A DNA stretch of 64,000 bases from Hemiscyllium ocellatum. Lineage: Eukaryota. Below, piece after piece: positions 14,330-27,255 of this stretch (position 1 is its first letter; each line of letters opens with the position of its first letter). The stretch lies in assembly GCF_020745735.1 (NCBI RefSeq), contig NC_083417.1, positions 64,294,001-64,358,000 on the forward strand, in the 5' to 3' direction. Position numbers and translations under genes: made by a program. Below the pieces are notes generated by a model, which made no database searches, was not told the origin of the DNA, and was given only the letters and a program-made list of their open reading frames with translations.

Positions 14330-14647
14330 TCCTGGTGATTGTCACCTACCATTCCCGCATCAGTGTGATCCGATACTTCTTGGAATACTGTACAGTAATG
14401 AAGTCCAAAATCTTAGATAGTCGCTTGCAGCAAGCATAGGAGAGCACTCCCTTCATGGCTAACACTAAATGGCTTTCTGCTATTGCCGGGGATTAGGAAT
14501 CAATTCTCGTTCTGTTTCCACCAATGCTCATTTATCAAAGAATCCTCCCCAGAGGTGGGGAAGAAGCTGATCAAGGCGATATTCTTCCTCTGGATGAAAA
14601 TACTTCTTTAGGTTTTTGAATAACACCGAAAACAGCGTGTTCCTCAG
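14330..14647 (-). pseudogene. Pseudogene paralog exon 2 (VJ-type V domain, disabled)
   Basis: Acceptor ttttctggcAG|CT. Translation AEEHAVFGVIQKPKEV..(frameshift)..IALISFFPTSG..HWWKQNEN*..ALLCLLQATI*DFGLHYC. Shares WWKQ, FP and YC with the intact V domain. The first Cys is mutated and there are stops. The 3' end is approximate. Confidence 0.8.
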
Positions 14648-14801
14648 CTGCCAGAAAATAGGGTCATAGATAATTTAATTGTACTGGGCAAAGCATGCAG
14701 ATCGAAGATGGAGAAAAGATGTTATATTGCGGAATTATATTTCCGTAAATAAATATGCGAAAAATTTATTTAGGTAGGGTGATGATCAAAGAGGTATTTA
14801 T

Positions 14802-14857
14802 CTGTGCAAATAATATCCCTGAGAATCAAGCATCGGAAAACCAATCGAGCTTTTCAT
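14802..14857 (-). pseudogene. Pseudogene paralog exon 1 (leader)
   Basis: agaATGAAAAGCTCG..TTGATTCT..ACAG aligns with the intact leader. It is 56 nt (+1 frameshift) and the donor is mutated to ATAAAT. The downstream intron is 154 nt versus 159 nt in the intact gene. Confidence 0.7.
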
Positions 14858-14923
14858 TCTGAACACTAAATTTAATTGATACCTGTCAACACGAGCTGCG
14901 AGACTGCAACATTGAAAGATAAC

Positions 14924-14964
14924 TTCCGGTTAGAGTTCCATCGCTTGTGAGGCTTATGACGTTT
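14924..14964 (-). promoter_or_regulatory. Promoter remnant of the pseudogene (ETS plus CRE-like)
   Basis: TTCCGGTT starts at 14924, 67 nt from the ATG as in the intact gene. ATGACGTTT is at 14956-14964. Confidence 0.45.
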
Positions 14965-15929
14965 GTCTTACTGTAACTGCGGCTTCTGCAAATTGGCTTC
15001 ATTTGTTAGGCCTAATCTTTGCATTGACACTGAAAGACATGTGTTCTTGACAGAACGGGGAAGATGCGACCTTTTCAAATGTCACATTTCTCAACACTTT
15101 TAAGAGATCAGTAACTAAACATGGTGTGTCACATTAGTGCAACCAATTGAACATTTTGTTGAGCGTGTCAAACGATGCAGAGAAATTCAGAACACGAAGC
15201 AATTAGACGCCACTCTTAATTCTTTAAGATAAACAAAGAGAAAGTAGGAGACTATACATGCGACAGAAGTCAGGTGAATTACTGAATTAAGAGTCAGGTC
15301 GATATAGATTCGAAAAGGAACTGAAAAGACAGATTAGAGAAGCTGAAAGAAAGATTATGAGTGGTGAAAAAGCACACCAAAGTGCTTTTCCTGGCATTCA
15401 CTGACTTAAGAGCCGCTAAGAAATGGATTGTGGCCGATCAGGGTCCAAAACGTGGATTTAACAACGGTTGGCATGGCTGAACCGTTGTAAATGTCTCCTT
15501 GAAGAGAGTGCTGACCTGCTCATGGCGAAATGATGTCTATTTCGTGTGTTGAAGGTGTCTAAAATTGATATCAACAAAGCACTGAAGAGACTTCTTATGT
15601 TACGTTGATAAGGAATAGGGACTAGATGTGATGTAAGCAATGTTACCAGGCCAAAGAGTGGCAATTGTGGACTCACTGGCTGTTGTGCGATAACTAAGGA
15701 GACTCGATACAAATTAATTGCAAACTGACGTAGGGAATTGATAGAATGGAAACATGCCTCAGAAAGCTTCAAGAGACAGCTCAAAAATTTGACTGACCTT
15801 CAGATATACATACCAGTTCTTGCACAATCAAAAATGCCCACAATTGCGTCAGTGCATCTACGCATTTTGTTCCTAATACTCTTCTGAAAAAAGTAAGCAT
15901 AACCTGGCTTTTGCTTCTTCATTTTGGCT

Positions 15930-16230
15930 GGCACAGTGGTGAGCACAGTTGCCACACAGTGCCAGAGACCTGGGTTCAATTCCCGCCTTAGGCAACTGTC
16001 CGTGTGGAGTTTGCACGTCCTCCCCGTGTCTGTGTGGGTTTCCTTCGGGTGCTCCGGTTTCCTCCCACAGTCCAGAAATGTACAGGTTAGATGAATTGGC
16101 CATGCTAAATTGCTCGTAGTGTTCGGTGAAGAGATAAATGTAGGGGGATGGGTCTGGTTGGGTTGGTCTTCGGAGTGTCGTTGTGGACTTGTTACGCTGA
16201 AGGGCCTGTTTCCGTACTGTAAGTAATCTA
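15930..16230 (+). mobile_element. tRNA-derived V-SINE (HE1-like)
   Basis: A-box-like GCACAGTGGTGA, B-box GGGTTCAATTCCC, V-domain gtgtggagtttgcac..ctccggtttcctcccaca and a CR1-like tail. Confidence 0.85.
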
Positions 16231-16639
16231 AAAATAGTTTTTAAAAATTCTCTCCACATCAAAATACCTGGACCCTTGCCTTCTCTGACAGAATCCATTT
16301 CCCATCTTCTTCATTTGTCCTGTTCGATTGCAAGACAACTGATGTCATATTGCATTTAACCTGTTATCTGTTATTATCAGGAAAACTATTCCCTCCTAAG
16401 ATGGCATACACATTAAAAAGTCGTTGGTCCTAAAACGTTTTGCAACACCAGCAAGGCTAAGTAAAGTTTAAATACCATGTATCCATGTATTCAAGCATGA
16501 ACCTATTCCGTTTTCCTTCTTTAGTCCAACAGAACAATGTTCTTCCACTGCCGCCATAAAAACATCCAGCCCCAACTGAAATGTCAGTGCTAAGTCTGGC
16601 TTCTCGCAAAGAGCAGTGTGACGGACTTCCCTTTGGTCC

Positions 16640-17150
16640 AACTCGTCTACGCTGACTGATTAGCCTAAACTAATCTCGGCCTAAATGCCAGCATTTGGCC
16701 CATGTCCCTCTAAACTCGGCCTCTTCCTGTACCCACCCAGATGCATTTTACGTGTTGTAATGATATCAGCTTCCACTACTCCCTCTGGCAGCTTGTTCCA
16801 TGTACACACCATTCTCTGTGTTAAAACATTGCCCCTTAGTCCACTTTTAAACCTTGCCCCTTTCACCCCGAACCAAGGGCGTCTAGTTTTGGCCTTCCCT
16901 CACCTGGGCATTCATCCATTGTAGCCCCTCATGATTTTATAAATCTCTGTAAGGTCAACCCTCAGCCTCCGAAGGTCCAGGGGAAAATCCGCTGCCTATT
17001 CAGCCTCATCCTGTAGCTCAATCCCTCCAATCCTGGCAACATGCTTATGAATCCTGTCAGCACCTTTTAACAACATCTCTCCTAATCAGAATTTAATGCA
17101 GTATTCTATATGTGGAAGAACCAGTGTCCTTTATAGTATGTTGCTCCCTC
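16640..17150 (-). mobile_element. CR1 3' fragment
   Basis: LTQRMVCTWNKLPE remnant on the minus strand. Confidence 0.8.
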
Positions 17151-17459
17151 GTCAAAGACTGAATACTATTGGCGAGTTTCCTTTGAAGGTTAAGAGGCTC
17201 AAGCGGACGACACTAAAAGTGAACCACGTTAGAAAGTTCGGTCTACCATGAAAAGTAGAAATTCATGAGCAGATAAGGCAGCAAAGTGGGCAGCAGGATT
17301 CGAATTCCAAGGAAAGTAGCAACATATGCGAAAGGTCAAAAGGAGAACAATAGGCAGAAAATACTTAAGGAGACACCCAGAGTCAAATTGGAGCAACAGG
17401 AGAAATCAGAAGATGAAAAAAGTTAAATATAGGGACTGCTTCCAACAGGACAACTTTGG

Positions 17460-17880
17460 TCAACTCCTCCTCCACTCCAAATACTCCCCACTCCCGCATG
17501 GCACCTTCCCTTGCAGTCACAGAACATAGGCAGTCACCTGCCTATTTATATCTTCCCTCCTCACTTTCCAACTCACCAGAGTCACCTTCCATGAGAGGCA
17601 GTGACTTACCTGCACTGCACTCACTTTAGCCTAATAAATTCACTGCTCACAATGTGGTCTCATCTAGTTTGGGGAGACAAAATACAGACTGCGCAGCTAC
17701 TCTGTGTAACACCTATGTTGTGTCTGTTAACAATTTTCTAAGCTGTTGGCAATTCAACACTTGACCATATTCCCTGGGCAATATCTATGCCTTAAGCTTT
17801 TTGCAGTGCTCACTAAGACTCGGCAAAAGCAAGAACAACTACTGGGGACTCAATATCGAGTTCAATAATTTTCATGAGTT
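17460..17880 (+). mobile_element. Penelope-like GIY-YIG endonuclease remnant
   Basis: Decayed sequence corresponding to FTC..NL.YCI.C..CGL.YIGETK.RL. Confidence 0.55.
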
Positions 17881-18129
17881 ACTTGCACGTCCTTTACCCA
17901 TTCCCAGGTTTCAAGCCATTTCATGACATGCTTGATTTCAGCATAACAATCTATTTTCTTTTTTGTTAATTGTACAAATGATTCTAATCAACCTGTTCCT
18001 AGATGCCATTGCACACCTCTGGAGCAGGTGGACTTGAATCTGGGTCTCCAGGTCCAGGGGTTGAGACATTATCATTTTTCCACAAGGGGACACCCGACCA
18101 CACCTATTTTCACCTATTTAAGTTCTTCA

Positions 18130-21100
18130 TTATCAGCTTTCTCCATTTCTGGCATAACATTGGGGCCAGTTGTGGGAGAGGTGGAACCTTGGAAATTGGA
18201 TGGTCTGCACCTGGGCTGGACTAGAACCAACGTTCTTGAGGGTGCTTTTGCTCATGCTGTTGCGGGAAGTTTAAACTAATGTAACAATGGGATGTGAACC
18301 AAATGCGGAGGTTAGTGGAAAATAAGGAGGTACTAACTGAAGCCAAGAAGAATCTAGATAATGAAGTCTGGACGATTAAGGGTAAGAGTAGACAGGGAGC
18401 AGATGATGAATGCAAAGGGAATGGTAGTCCGAGATGCTTTGGTTTTAGTGCGAGAAGTATAGTGGGTAAGGCAGATGATCCAGGGTTTGGCTTCATACCT
18501 GGGAGTATGATATTATTGATATGACTGAGACTTGGTTGAGGGAAGGACATGAATGGCAACTAAATATCACAGGATATCAATGCTTCAGGTGGGATATAGA
18601 GGGAGTTATAAAGGGTGCAAGGATTGCATTCCTGGTCAGAGACGATGTCACAGCTGTGCTGATGGAGGGCACTGTGGAGGACTCGAGCATTGAGGCAATA
18701 TGGACAGAGTTCAGAAATAGGAAGAGTGCAGTAACAATATTGGGGTTGTACTGCAGCCCTCCCAACAGTGAGTGTGAGATGGAGGTACAAATATGTAAAC
18801 AGATGATGGAAAGATGTAGGAGCAACAGGGTGGAGGTGATAGGAGATTTTAATTTTCCCAACATTGACTGTGATCCACTTCGTGTTGGAGTTAATGATTG
18901 AGCAGAATTTGTAAGGAGCATCCAACTTAATGGAGTTCTTCGAGGAACTGACCAAGTTGTTAAATGAAGGAAGGGCTGTTGATGTCATATACATAGACTT
19001 TAGTAAGGCGTTTGATGTATTTCCCCATTGTAGACCAATGGAAAAAGCGAAGTCACATGGTATGCAGGATGTTCTAGCTAAGTGGATAAGAACTGGTTGA
19101 GCAAACAGGAGACAGAGAGTAGTAGTTGAAGGGAGTTTCTTGAAATGGAGAAAGGTGACCAGTGGTGCTCCAAAGGGGTCAGTATTGAGGCCACTATTGT
19201 TTATACTATAGATAAATGATCTAGAAGAGGGCACTGTTGGTATGATCAGCAGTTTGCAGTTGACACAAAGATTGGTGAAGTAGTAGAAAGCATAAGGGAC
19301 TGTCCGAGAATTCAGGAGTATATAGATAGATTGGAGAGTTGGTCGGAAAAGTGGCAGATGGCTTTCAATCCAGACGAATGTGAGGCAAGTATAATTCTAG
19401 AATGAATTACACAATGAATGGAAGAGCCTTTTGAAAAGTTGATGGGCAAAGAGATCTGGGAGTGCAGGTCCATTGAACACTGAATGTTGCTGCACAGGTG
19501 GATAGAGTGGTCACGAAGGTATATAGTTTGCTTTCATTTGAGGGAGTATTGAGTATAAGAGTAGGCAAGTCCTGCTAAAACTGTACAAGACATTGGTTCG
19601 GCCACATTTAGAATACAGTGTACAGTTTTGGTCGCCACATCTCCAAAAGGAGGTGGACACATTGGAGTGTGTGCAGAGAAGTTTTACGAGAATGTTGCCT
19701 AGTATGGACGGTGCTAGCTATGAAGAGAGGTTGAGTAGGTTAGGTTTATTTTCATGAGAAAAATGGAGATTGAGGGGAGACCTGATTGAGGTTTACAAAA
19801 CCATGAAGGGGATAGAGAGGGTGGATAGAGACAAGCTTTTACCCAAGGTGTAGGATTCAATAGCGAGAGGTCATGCTGTCAAGGTGAGAGGTGGAAAGTT
19901 TAAGGAGGATAGACGTGGCAAATACTTCACACACAGGGCAGTGGGCGTTTGAAAAGCGTTGCCAGCAGAGGTGGTAGAGGTAGGCACGGTAGATTCATTT
20001 AAGATGCATCTGAACAGATCAAGTGGAGGTGGGGAGCAAAGGGATACAAATGCTGAGGAATTGACCGTAAGGTTAAGACAGTACATTTGGATTTGCATGG
20101 CTGGGAGGGCCGAAGGGCCCGTACCTGGGCTGAAAATTTTCTTTGTTCTTTGTTCTTTGTTCATCCGGAAGCATTTCTCAAGCAGTATGTAAATAATCCA
20201 ACTCGGGAAGGGAATGGCCCTGGCCAGGTGATTGAAGTTTCAGTCAGGGATTACTTTGGGAACAGTGATCACAATTCCGTAAGTTTTAGAATACTCATGG
20301 ACAAAGACGAGAGTGTTCCCAAAGGAAGAGTTCTAAATTGGGGTGAGGCCAACTATACCAAAATTTTGCAGAAGCTGGGGAATGTGGATCGGAAGCAGCT
20401 GTTTGAAGGTAAATCCACATTTGGCATGTGGCAGACTTTTAAAGGAAGGAAGTTTAGAGTAAAGGGGATACATGTTCCCTTGAAAATGCGGGGTAGAAAT
20501 GCCAAGATTAGGGAACCATGGATGATAGGTGAAGTTGTGAGACTAGCTACGTCAAAACAGGAAGCATCCATAGACGACTAAAGACGGACAAAGCTTTGGA
20601 AGAATATTAGGAATGTAGGACCAATTGAAATGAGGGATTAAGAGGGCTAAATGGGGGTATGAGATATCTTTAGCAAATTGGGTTAAGGAAAATCGCAAAG
20701 CCTTTTATTCATATATTACGACCAAGAGGGTGACTAGAGAAAGGGTTGGTCCTCTCAAGGACAACTGAGAAATGTTATGTGTGGAGTGAGGGAAAATGGG
20801 TGAGATTCTTAATGAGCAATTTGTATCAGCATCCACTGAGGAGAGGAACATGACAGATGTTGAGATTAGGCATAGATGTTTAATTATTCTAGGTCACGTT
20901 AGCATAAGGAGGGTTGAAATTTTGGGTATTCGAAAATGCAGTAAGGTGGACAAGTCCCTAGGTCCGGATAGGATCTATCTCAGGTTCTGGAGGGAAGTGA
21001 AATGGAAATAACTGGGCCTTAACAGATATCTTTACAGAATCCTTGAACATGGGTGAGGTCTTGGACGAATGGAGAATTGCTAATGTTGTCCTCTTGTGTA

Positions 21101-22508
21101 AGAAGTGCAACAAGGATAATCCAGATAATTATAGACTGGTGAGCTGACTTTAGTGATAGGAAAGCTGCTGGAGAAGATACTAAGGTATAGGACCTATTCC
21201 TATTTGGAAGAAAATGGGCTTACCAGTGATAGGCAACATGGTTTTGTGCTTGGAACATCATGCCTTACCTACTTTATTGAATGCTTTGACGAAATAACAA
21301 AGTTGATTGATGAGGGAAGGGCTGTAGATTTTACATACATGGACTCCAGTAAGGCATTTGATAATGTTCCCCATAGTAGGCTGATGGAGAAAGTGAAATC
21401 ACATGGGCTCCATGGTGTACTAGCTAAATGGATGAAGAACTGGCTGGGAAACAGGAGACAGAGAGTAGTAGCAGAGGGGACTTTGTCAAAAAGGAGAACT
21501 GTGACCAATGTGTTCCATAGGGATTCATGCTGGGACCACTGTTGTTTGTGATATACACAAAATGAGCTGGAGGAAGATACAGGTGTTCTGATCAGCAAGT
21601 TTGCAGATCACATTCAGATTGGTGGAGTATCAGATAGTTAAAAGGCTTGCCTGATAATGCAGCAGAGTATACAAATTGGACAGTTGTGTGGAGAAATGGC
21701 AGTTGGATTCAATCCGGGAAAATGTGAGGTGATGCATTTTTGAAGATCCAATTCAAAAGCAAACTACACAGGAAATGGAAAAGTCCTCGGGAATATTGAT
21801 GTAAAGAGAGATCTATTTGTTCAGGTCCTCTGTATCCTTCAAGTGGCAATGCAGTTCAATAGAGTGGTCAAGAAGGAATACAGTATGCTTTCCTTCATTG
21901 GACGTGGTATTGAGTACAACAGTTAGCAGAGCATATTACAATTGTATAAGACATTAGTTTGGCCACATTTGGAATACTGCGGATAGTTCTGTTCGCCACA
22001 TTACCAAAAAGATACGGATGCTTTGCAGAGAATGCACAGGAGATTCACTGTGATGTTGCCTGGTATGGAGAACACGAGCTATGAAGAGTGGTTGAGTAGA
22101 TAGTATTATTTTTATTAAAAGGACGGACATCGAGTGGACCTGACTGAGGTCTACAAAATCATGAGATGTATAGACAGATTGGAAAGCAAGAAGCTTTTTC
22201 CCAGAGTGGTGGACTCAATTACAAGGGGTCATGTGTTAAAAATGCGAGGGGAAATATTTAGGGAGATATGCATGGAAAGTTCTTTACATAGAAGGTGATG
22301 AGTGCCTGGAACACGTTGCCAGCAGAAATGGTAGGGGCAGGCATAGTACCATCATTTAAAATGTATCTAGAAAAACGAATGGACAGGGTGCAGGGGGATA
22401 CAGATCCTTAGAAAATAGGTGACAGGTTTATCGGAGGATCTGGATCAGGCTTGGAGGGCTGAAGTGCCTATTCCTGTGCTGTAATATTATTTGTTCTTTG
22501 TTCTTTGT
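18130..22508 (+). mobile_element. Degenerate CR1 interrupted by a nested 5'-truncated CR1 (18924-20161)
   Basis: The APE region breaks at 18923 and resumes at 20162. CATCC is duplicated at both junctions, and (TTCTTTG)n tails are at about 20142-20160 and 22492-22508. Confidence 0.88.
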
Positions 22509-22646
22509 CTCTTTGCATGTCTAACTGTCATACAGCTCCCATTGGCATCCACCTGGGAGAAAGTGAGGACTGCAGGTACTGGAGGTCAGTGTCAGAAAGT
22601 TTGATGCTGGAAAAGCACAGACGGTCAGGCAGCATAGGAATCATTC

Positions 22647-22674
22647 CTGATGAAGAGCTTATGCTCGAAACGTC
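22647..22674 (+). ncRNA. Minimal hammerhead ribozyme core in a Penelope-derived repeat
   Basis: CTGATGA-a-GAGC ttat GCTC-GAAA-C-GTC: intact core boxes, 4-bp helix II, palindromic ACGT helix III and GUC triplet. Confidence 0.55.
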
Positions 22675-25109
22675 GATTCTCTTGATCCACCTTGCTTTTC
22701 CAGCACCAGACTTTTTTCACTCTGGGATCCACCTGTCGAAGACCACGCCCTAACTTCGGCAATATGTACTTTCCCATTTTCTATGACTCATGAAGAACGA
22801 TCGTTGGATCCGAAAAATTAACTCTGCTTTCTTTCCAAAGATGCTGCCAGACCTGCTGAATTTCTTCGGGTATTTCCGCGTTTGTTCGGGCAGTTACTTT
22901 CTTTATTCTGTCATTGACGTTCGTCATAAGCATTAACCCGTCGCTTAACCAATTAGTTTGCTTTTGCTTGTGGTATTTGTTAGATTTATTTTCTTGGAAA
23001 CGAGCGGCCGGAACTCTAATGCATGTTTGAATTGGAAAGCCTGGCATTTTCTACATGTTGGTCGCAGCCGACATCTCTTTCTCGACTTCAGTTTAGGTTA
23101 CAGCGGCATCTTCTGGTCAATTTGAATTCCTGACGTTTGCAAATTCTACTCCAATCTTCTGCAACCTGTCAGAATTATCAGACTGGGCATCCAAGTGGTT
23201 CAAAGAGAGATAGAGTCACAGAGATGTACAGAACGGAAACAAACTCTTTAGTCCAACTCGTCTATGCTGACCAGTCATCCTAAATTAATCTTGTCCTATT
23301 TGCCAGCCCTACGTATTCATATACCCATCCAGATGCCTTTTAAATATTGGAACTGTACCAGGTCACTCCATTTCTTCTGGCAGTTCATTCTGTTGAAATG
23401 ATTTAATGTGGAGACGTCATTTTCTGAATAGTACAGGTGTAATTTTGAACAGAATGGATATGAATAAAAAAAATAGAAAATATAATTAAAGTATCTATGG
23501 AAGTTTTTAATGTAATCGAAGTAATAATTGTTGCAATACTACAGAGTATGCTATTATACGAGGAAATGTGATCAATGAAGGCTGAGCATTGCTGAATCAA
23601 GAAGATTAGCATTTCAATGATCTGTCAACAGCACGGGTAAAGACATATTTACATATAAGCTAGTTCTGGAAAACAGGTTCTCCAGCTTTATATCGATTCT
23701 ATAAATACTACTCAAGTACATAGTTATACAATAAAACTGGCCCATGCATCTTCGGTTTTTAGCTGTTTGACGGTGACGGTCCAGATATGGTAGAGTAATT
23801 TTATTCAGTAATAGCGTCAAACACATAACAGCAAATTCCAGCCAGTGTCATACCGCGCCTGAAATGTTTTCAGGAAAAGGTAAATTCAGAATCAAGCGTT
23901 AAACACAATTCAAAATTCCGATTCAATCACCCAACATTGGGGGGAAATAGTTTTAAAGAATAGTCAAACTGTTTGTTCGTGATTAAGATGAAATCTCCCT
24001 TGGAACAATATTTCTTCCTACTTCAATCTGTATTTCCGAAGTTAGCAAAACTGTTGAGGTGCTTTTTCCTTGTTTTAGCAGTATGTTTGTGTCGTAGTAT
24101 CAGTGAATGATTGAAATAGTAATTCGGGTTCAGTAATATTGTTATTAGACAAATGTCTGGAAAAATCATAAAGTCATTAGAGTTATACAGTTCGGAAACG
24201 GACACTTCAGTCCATGCCAAACATAACTCTAAACTGAACTAATCCCTCTACTTACTCCTCGTCTATGTATCTCTAAACTATTCTTAATCATGTATTTATC
24301 CAAACGTTTTTAACGTTGTAACTATACCCACAATTCGTCGCTTCCTCAAGAAGATCATTCCACACACTTAACAATGCTCTGTGGAAACAAAAAACTTGCC
24401 CTCCATGTAATTTTTAAATCTTCCTCCTCTCACCTTAAAAATGTGCCTCCTAGTTTTGAAATCCCCCACCCGAGAGAAAAGACACCTGTCATTAACGCTA
24501 TCCATATCCCTCATTATTTTGTTTTTCTTTTCTGACAGTGTTTGGAACCCCAGCTCCTGCAACAAGAAATAAATGTTGCCACATCACCTCAAAGCATTAG
24601 ATCATTGTGAACTGGCAACAGACTGGTTTGAAAGTGAATGTGTTTGAACAGCTGTTCAGGACTTGCTGCAAAGCACAGTTTTTCAGATGCAGTTATACAG
24701 AAAGCCAAACGAATTTGTCATTTGAGTCTGAAGTATTCTTGTGTTTTGAAAAGCAGAATGTGTTGCTATTTAAAACATTCAGATGACCTTGAATGGAGGA
24801 CGTTCTCAATGCAATAGAACTCTCTATACCAATGGTAAATTTGTACAGCTTTCCCTCACTGTCAAAATTGTGTTATAAAACGTCGATGTAATACACAAAT
24901 TGCTGTGCCACTGCCAGAGGTTACTGCGTAAAAAACATCACTTGTTAATAAAGCATCTTTGAACGTCTTGGAATTCGGAAAGGCATGATTGAAAGCTCGA
25001 ATTTTTTTATTAGTCTCCTGCGTAAGTCTCCCATTTTTGTCTTTAACTAAAGGGCAAAGATTCTAACTGTCCTGTTATATAAGTAAATGGTCATAAATGA
25101 CAAAACAAA

Positions 25110-25410
25110 ACTTAATGAATATTTGATTACCTGTAGTGTGGAAACAAGCCCTTTGGCAAAACAAGTCAACACCGACCCTCCAAAGAGTAACCCACCCGCT
25201 CTGACTAATGCACCTGACACGATGGACAATTTAGCATGGCCAATTCACGTGACTTGCACGTTTTCAGAACGTGGGAGGAAACGGGAGCACCAGAAGAAAA
25301 TTCAGACAGACACGGGGAGAATGTGGAAAGTCCACACAGATAGTCACCCAAGGCTGCAACTGAACCGGGGAGCGTGGCACTGTGAGGCAACAGTCCTAAT
25401 CACTGAGCCA
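25110..25410 (-). mobile_element. HE1-like V-SINE
   Basis: Reverse complement of the 15930 family. Confidence 0.8.
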
Positions 25411-25419
25411 CTGTGCTGC

Positions 25420-26395
25420 CCCATGGAGCTATGGCTGATTGGGTTGCTGGGTTCACTGATTTTTGTCATTTATATACATGATTTATATGTGAACATAGGA
25501 GGCATAGTTAGTGGGTTTGCAGATGGCACCAAAATTTGTGGTGCGTTGGAGAGCTAAGAAGGCTATGTCAAAGGATCAGGTGGGCTGATGGGCCACGGAA
25601 TGGTCGATGGTGTTTAATTTAGCTAAACGTGAGGTGCTACATTTTGGAAATACAAATCAGGTCAGGACGTATGTACTTAATGGTAAGGTCCTGAAGAATG
25701 TTGCTAAACAAAGAGACCTTAGAGTGCAGTTTCATAGTTCTTTGAAAGTGGAGTTGCATGTACACAGATTAGTGAAGAGAGTGTTTGGCATGCTTGCCTT
25801 TACTGGTCACTGCACTGAGTATAGAAGCTGGGAGGTCATGTTGCAGCTGTGCAGGACATTAATTAAGACACCCTTTTGAAATATTTCATTCAGTTCTGGA
25901 TTCCCTGATAAAGGAAGGATGTTGTGAAATTTGAAAGAGTGCACAAAAGATGTGTATAAAGATTTTGCCAGTGTTGGCGAGTTTGAGCTGTAGGGAGAAG
26001 CTGGATTGACTGAGCTATATTCCCTGGAACATCGGATGATGAGGGGTGACCTTATAGAAGTTTATAAAATTATGAGGGGCATGGATAAGGTGAGTAGCCA
26101 AGATCATTGCCAAAGGGTATGGGAGTCCAAAACTAGAGGGCATAGTCCAAAACTAAGGTGGAGGGGAAAGATTTAAAAGGGGCCTAAGAGGAAACATTTT
26201 GGCACAGAGGGTGGTGCGTGTGTGGAATGCGCTGCCAGAGGAAGTGTAGAGGGTGGAAATATTACAATATTTAAAAGACATCTCGATCGGTACATGAATA
26301 GGATGGGTTGAGAGAGATATGGTTAAAATGCTGACAAATGGGACTAGTTATCTGATTGGCATGGGTGAGTTGGAACGAACTGTCTGTTCCATGCC
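25420..26395 (+). mobile_element. CR1 3' fragment
   Basis: FADGTK and DLRVQFH remnants. Confidence 0.85.
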
Positions 26396-27088
26396 TCGAT
26401 GACATCTCAAGGAAGCAGTCAGGAGATCATTGGGGGAACATCAATCAATATTCACCACCTTTGGGAGACAAAAGACATTGGCTCACAAATCATATGTCCT
26501 TTATACAATTAGCAATAGGTCCTGCCTAGCCGAAGTTAATCAGAATGGAATTGATCATGCTATGAGTTCTGGCCTGAAAGAGTTGATAAACATCAGCTTT
26601 TGGCCATGGAGGCACGAATGAGAAAATGTTTGAAATTATCCTGCTTCCACTGGCAATGGAATGCCCTCAAGGCATTGGAGAGAGACTGAGAAAACAAGGG
26701 TCATCCTGTGACTTAAGCTGGACCGAAATACAATAGCAGAATAATACCCTTGAATTCACAGCCTGATTTGATACGTATTATTCATACTATAAATTATATT
26801 TCCTGTTTACTGAACTAGATTTTCTCCTGTTGCCTAATTGGTTGCAATCTCAAATGAACGTTTTAATATTGAGTATAAGACCACTAAAATGTATAAAACT
26901 GTACATCATGATATTATAAAGACAGAATGGGAACATCTGGTTTGTGCAACGAATCATATTGCCTTGCCAACAGCGGTATCAAGGTGGGGAAGGCTAAAGT
27001 TTGTAGGTTTTTTGAGAACCAGCCAGTGACTCAGACAATATTATATGAATGATTTGGAGATGCTGGTGTAGGACTGGGGTGTACAAAG

Positions 27089-27255
27089 TTAAAAATCACA
27101 AAACACCAGGCTATACTCCAACAGGTTTAATTGGAAGCAAACCAACTTTTGAAGCAACGCTTCTTCATCAGGTGATGAAGGAGCATCGTTCCGAAAGCTA
27201 GTCTGCTTCCAATTAACCTGTTGGACTATAACCTGGTGTTGTGTGATTTTTAAAT
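27089..27255. repeat. Head-to-head palindromic Penelope-derived terminal repeat
   Basis: ttaaaaatcacaaaacaccagg..cttcatca gg tgatgaag..cctggtgttgtgtgatttttaa: imperfect inverted arms of about 80 bp each. Confidence 0.75.

Noticed and set aside
14883-14941. Alternative leader exon for the pseudogene (donor GACAG|GTATC)
   Set aside because: It aligns with the 5' UTR/promoter of the intact gene. 14802-14857 matches the real leader in sequence, length and spacing.
15400-15800. 108-aa minus-strand ORF as a gene
   Set aside because: The plus strand resembles an ancient LINE RT remnant, and there is no coding signature.
15930-16010. tRNA gene
   Set aside because: A/B boxes continue into a V-SINE body and there is no cloverleaf. 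It is a SINE head.
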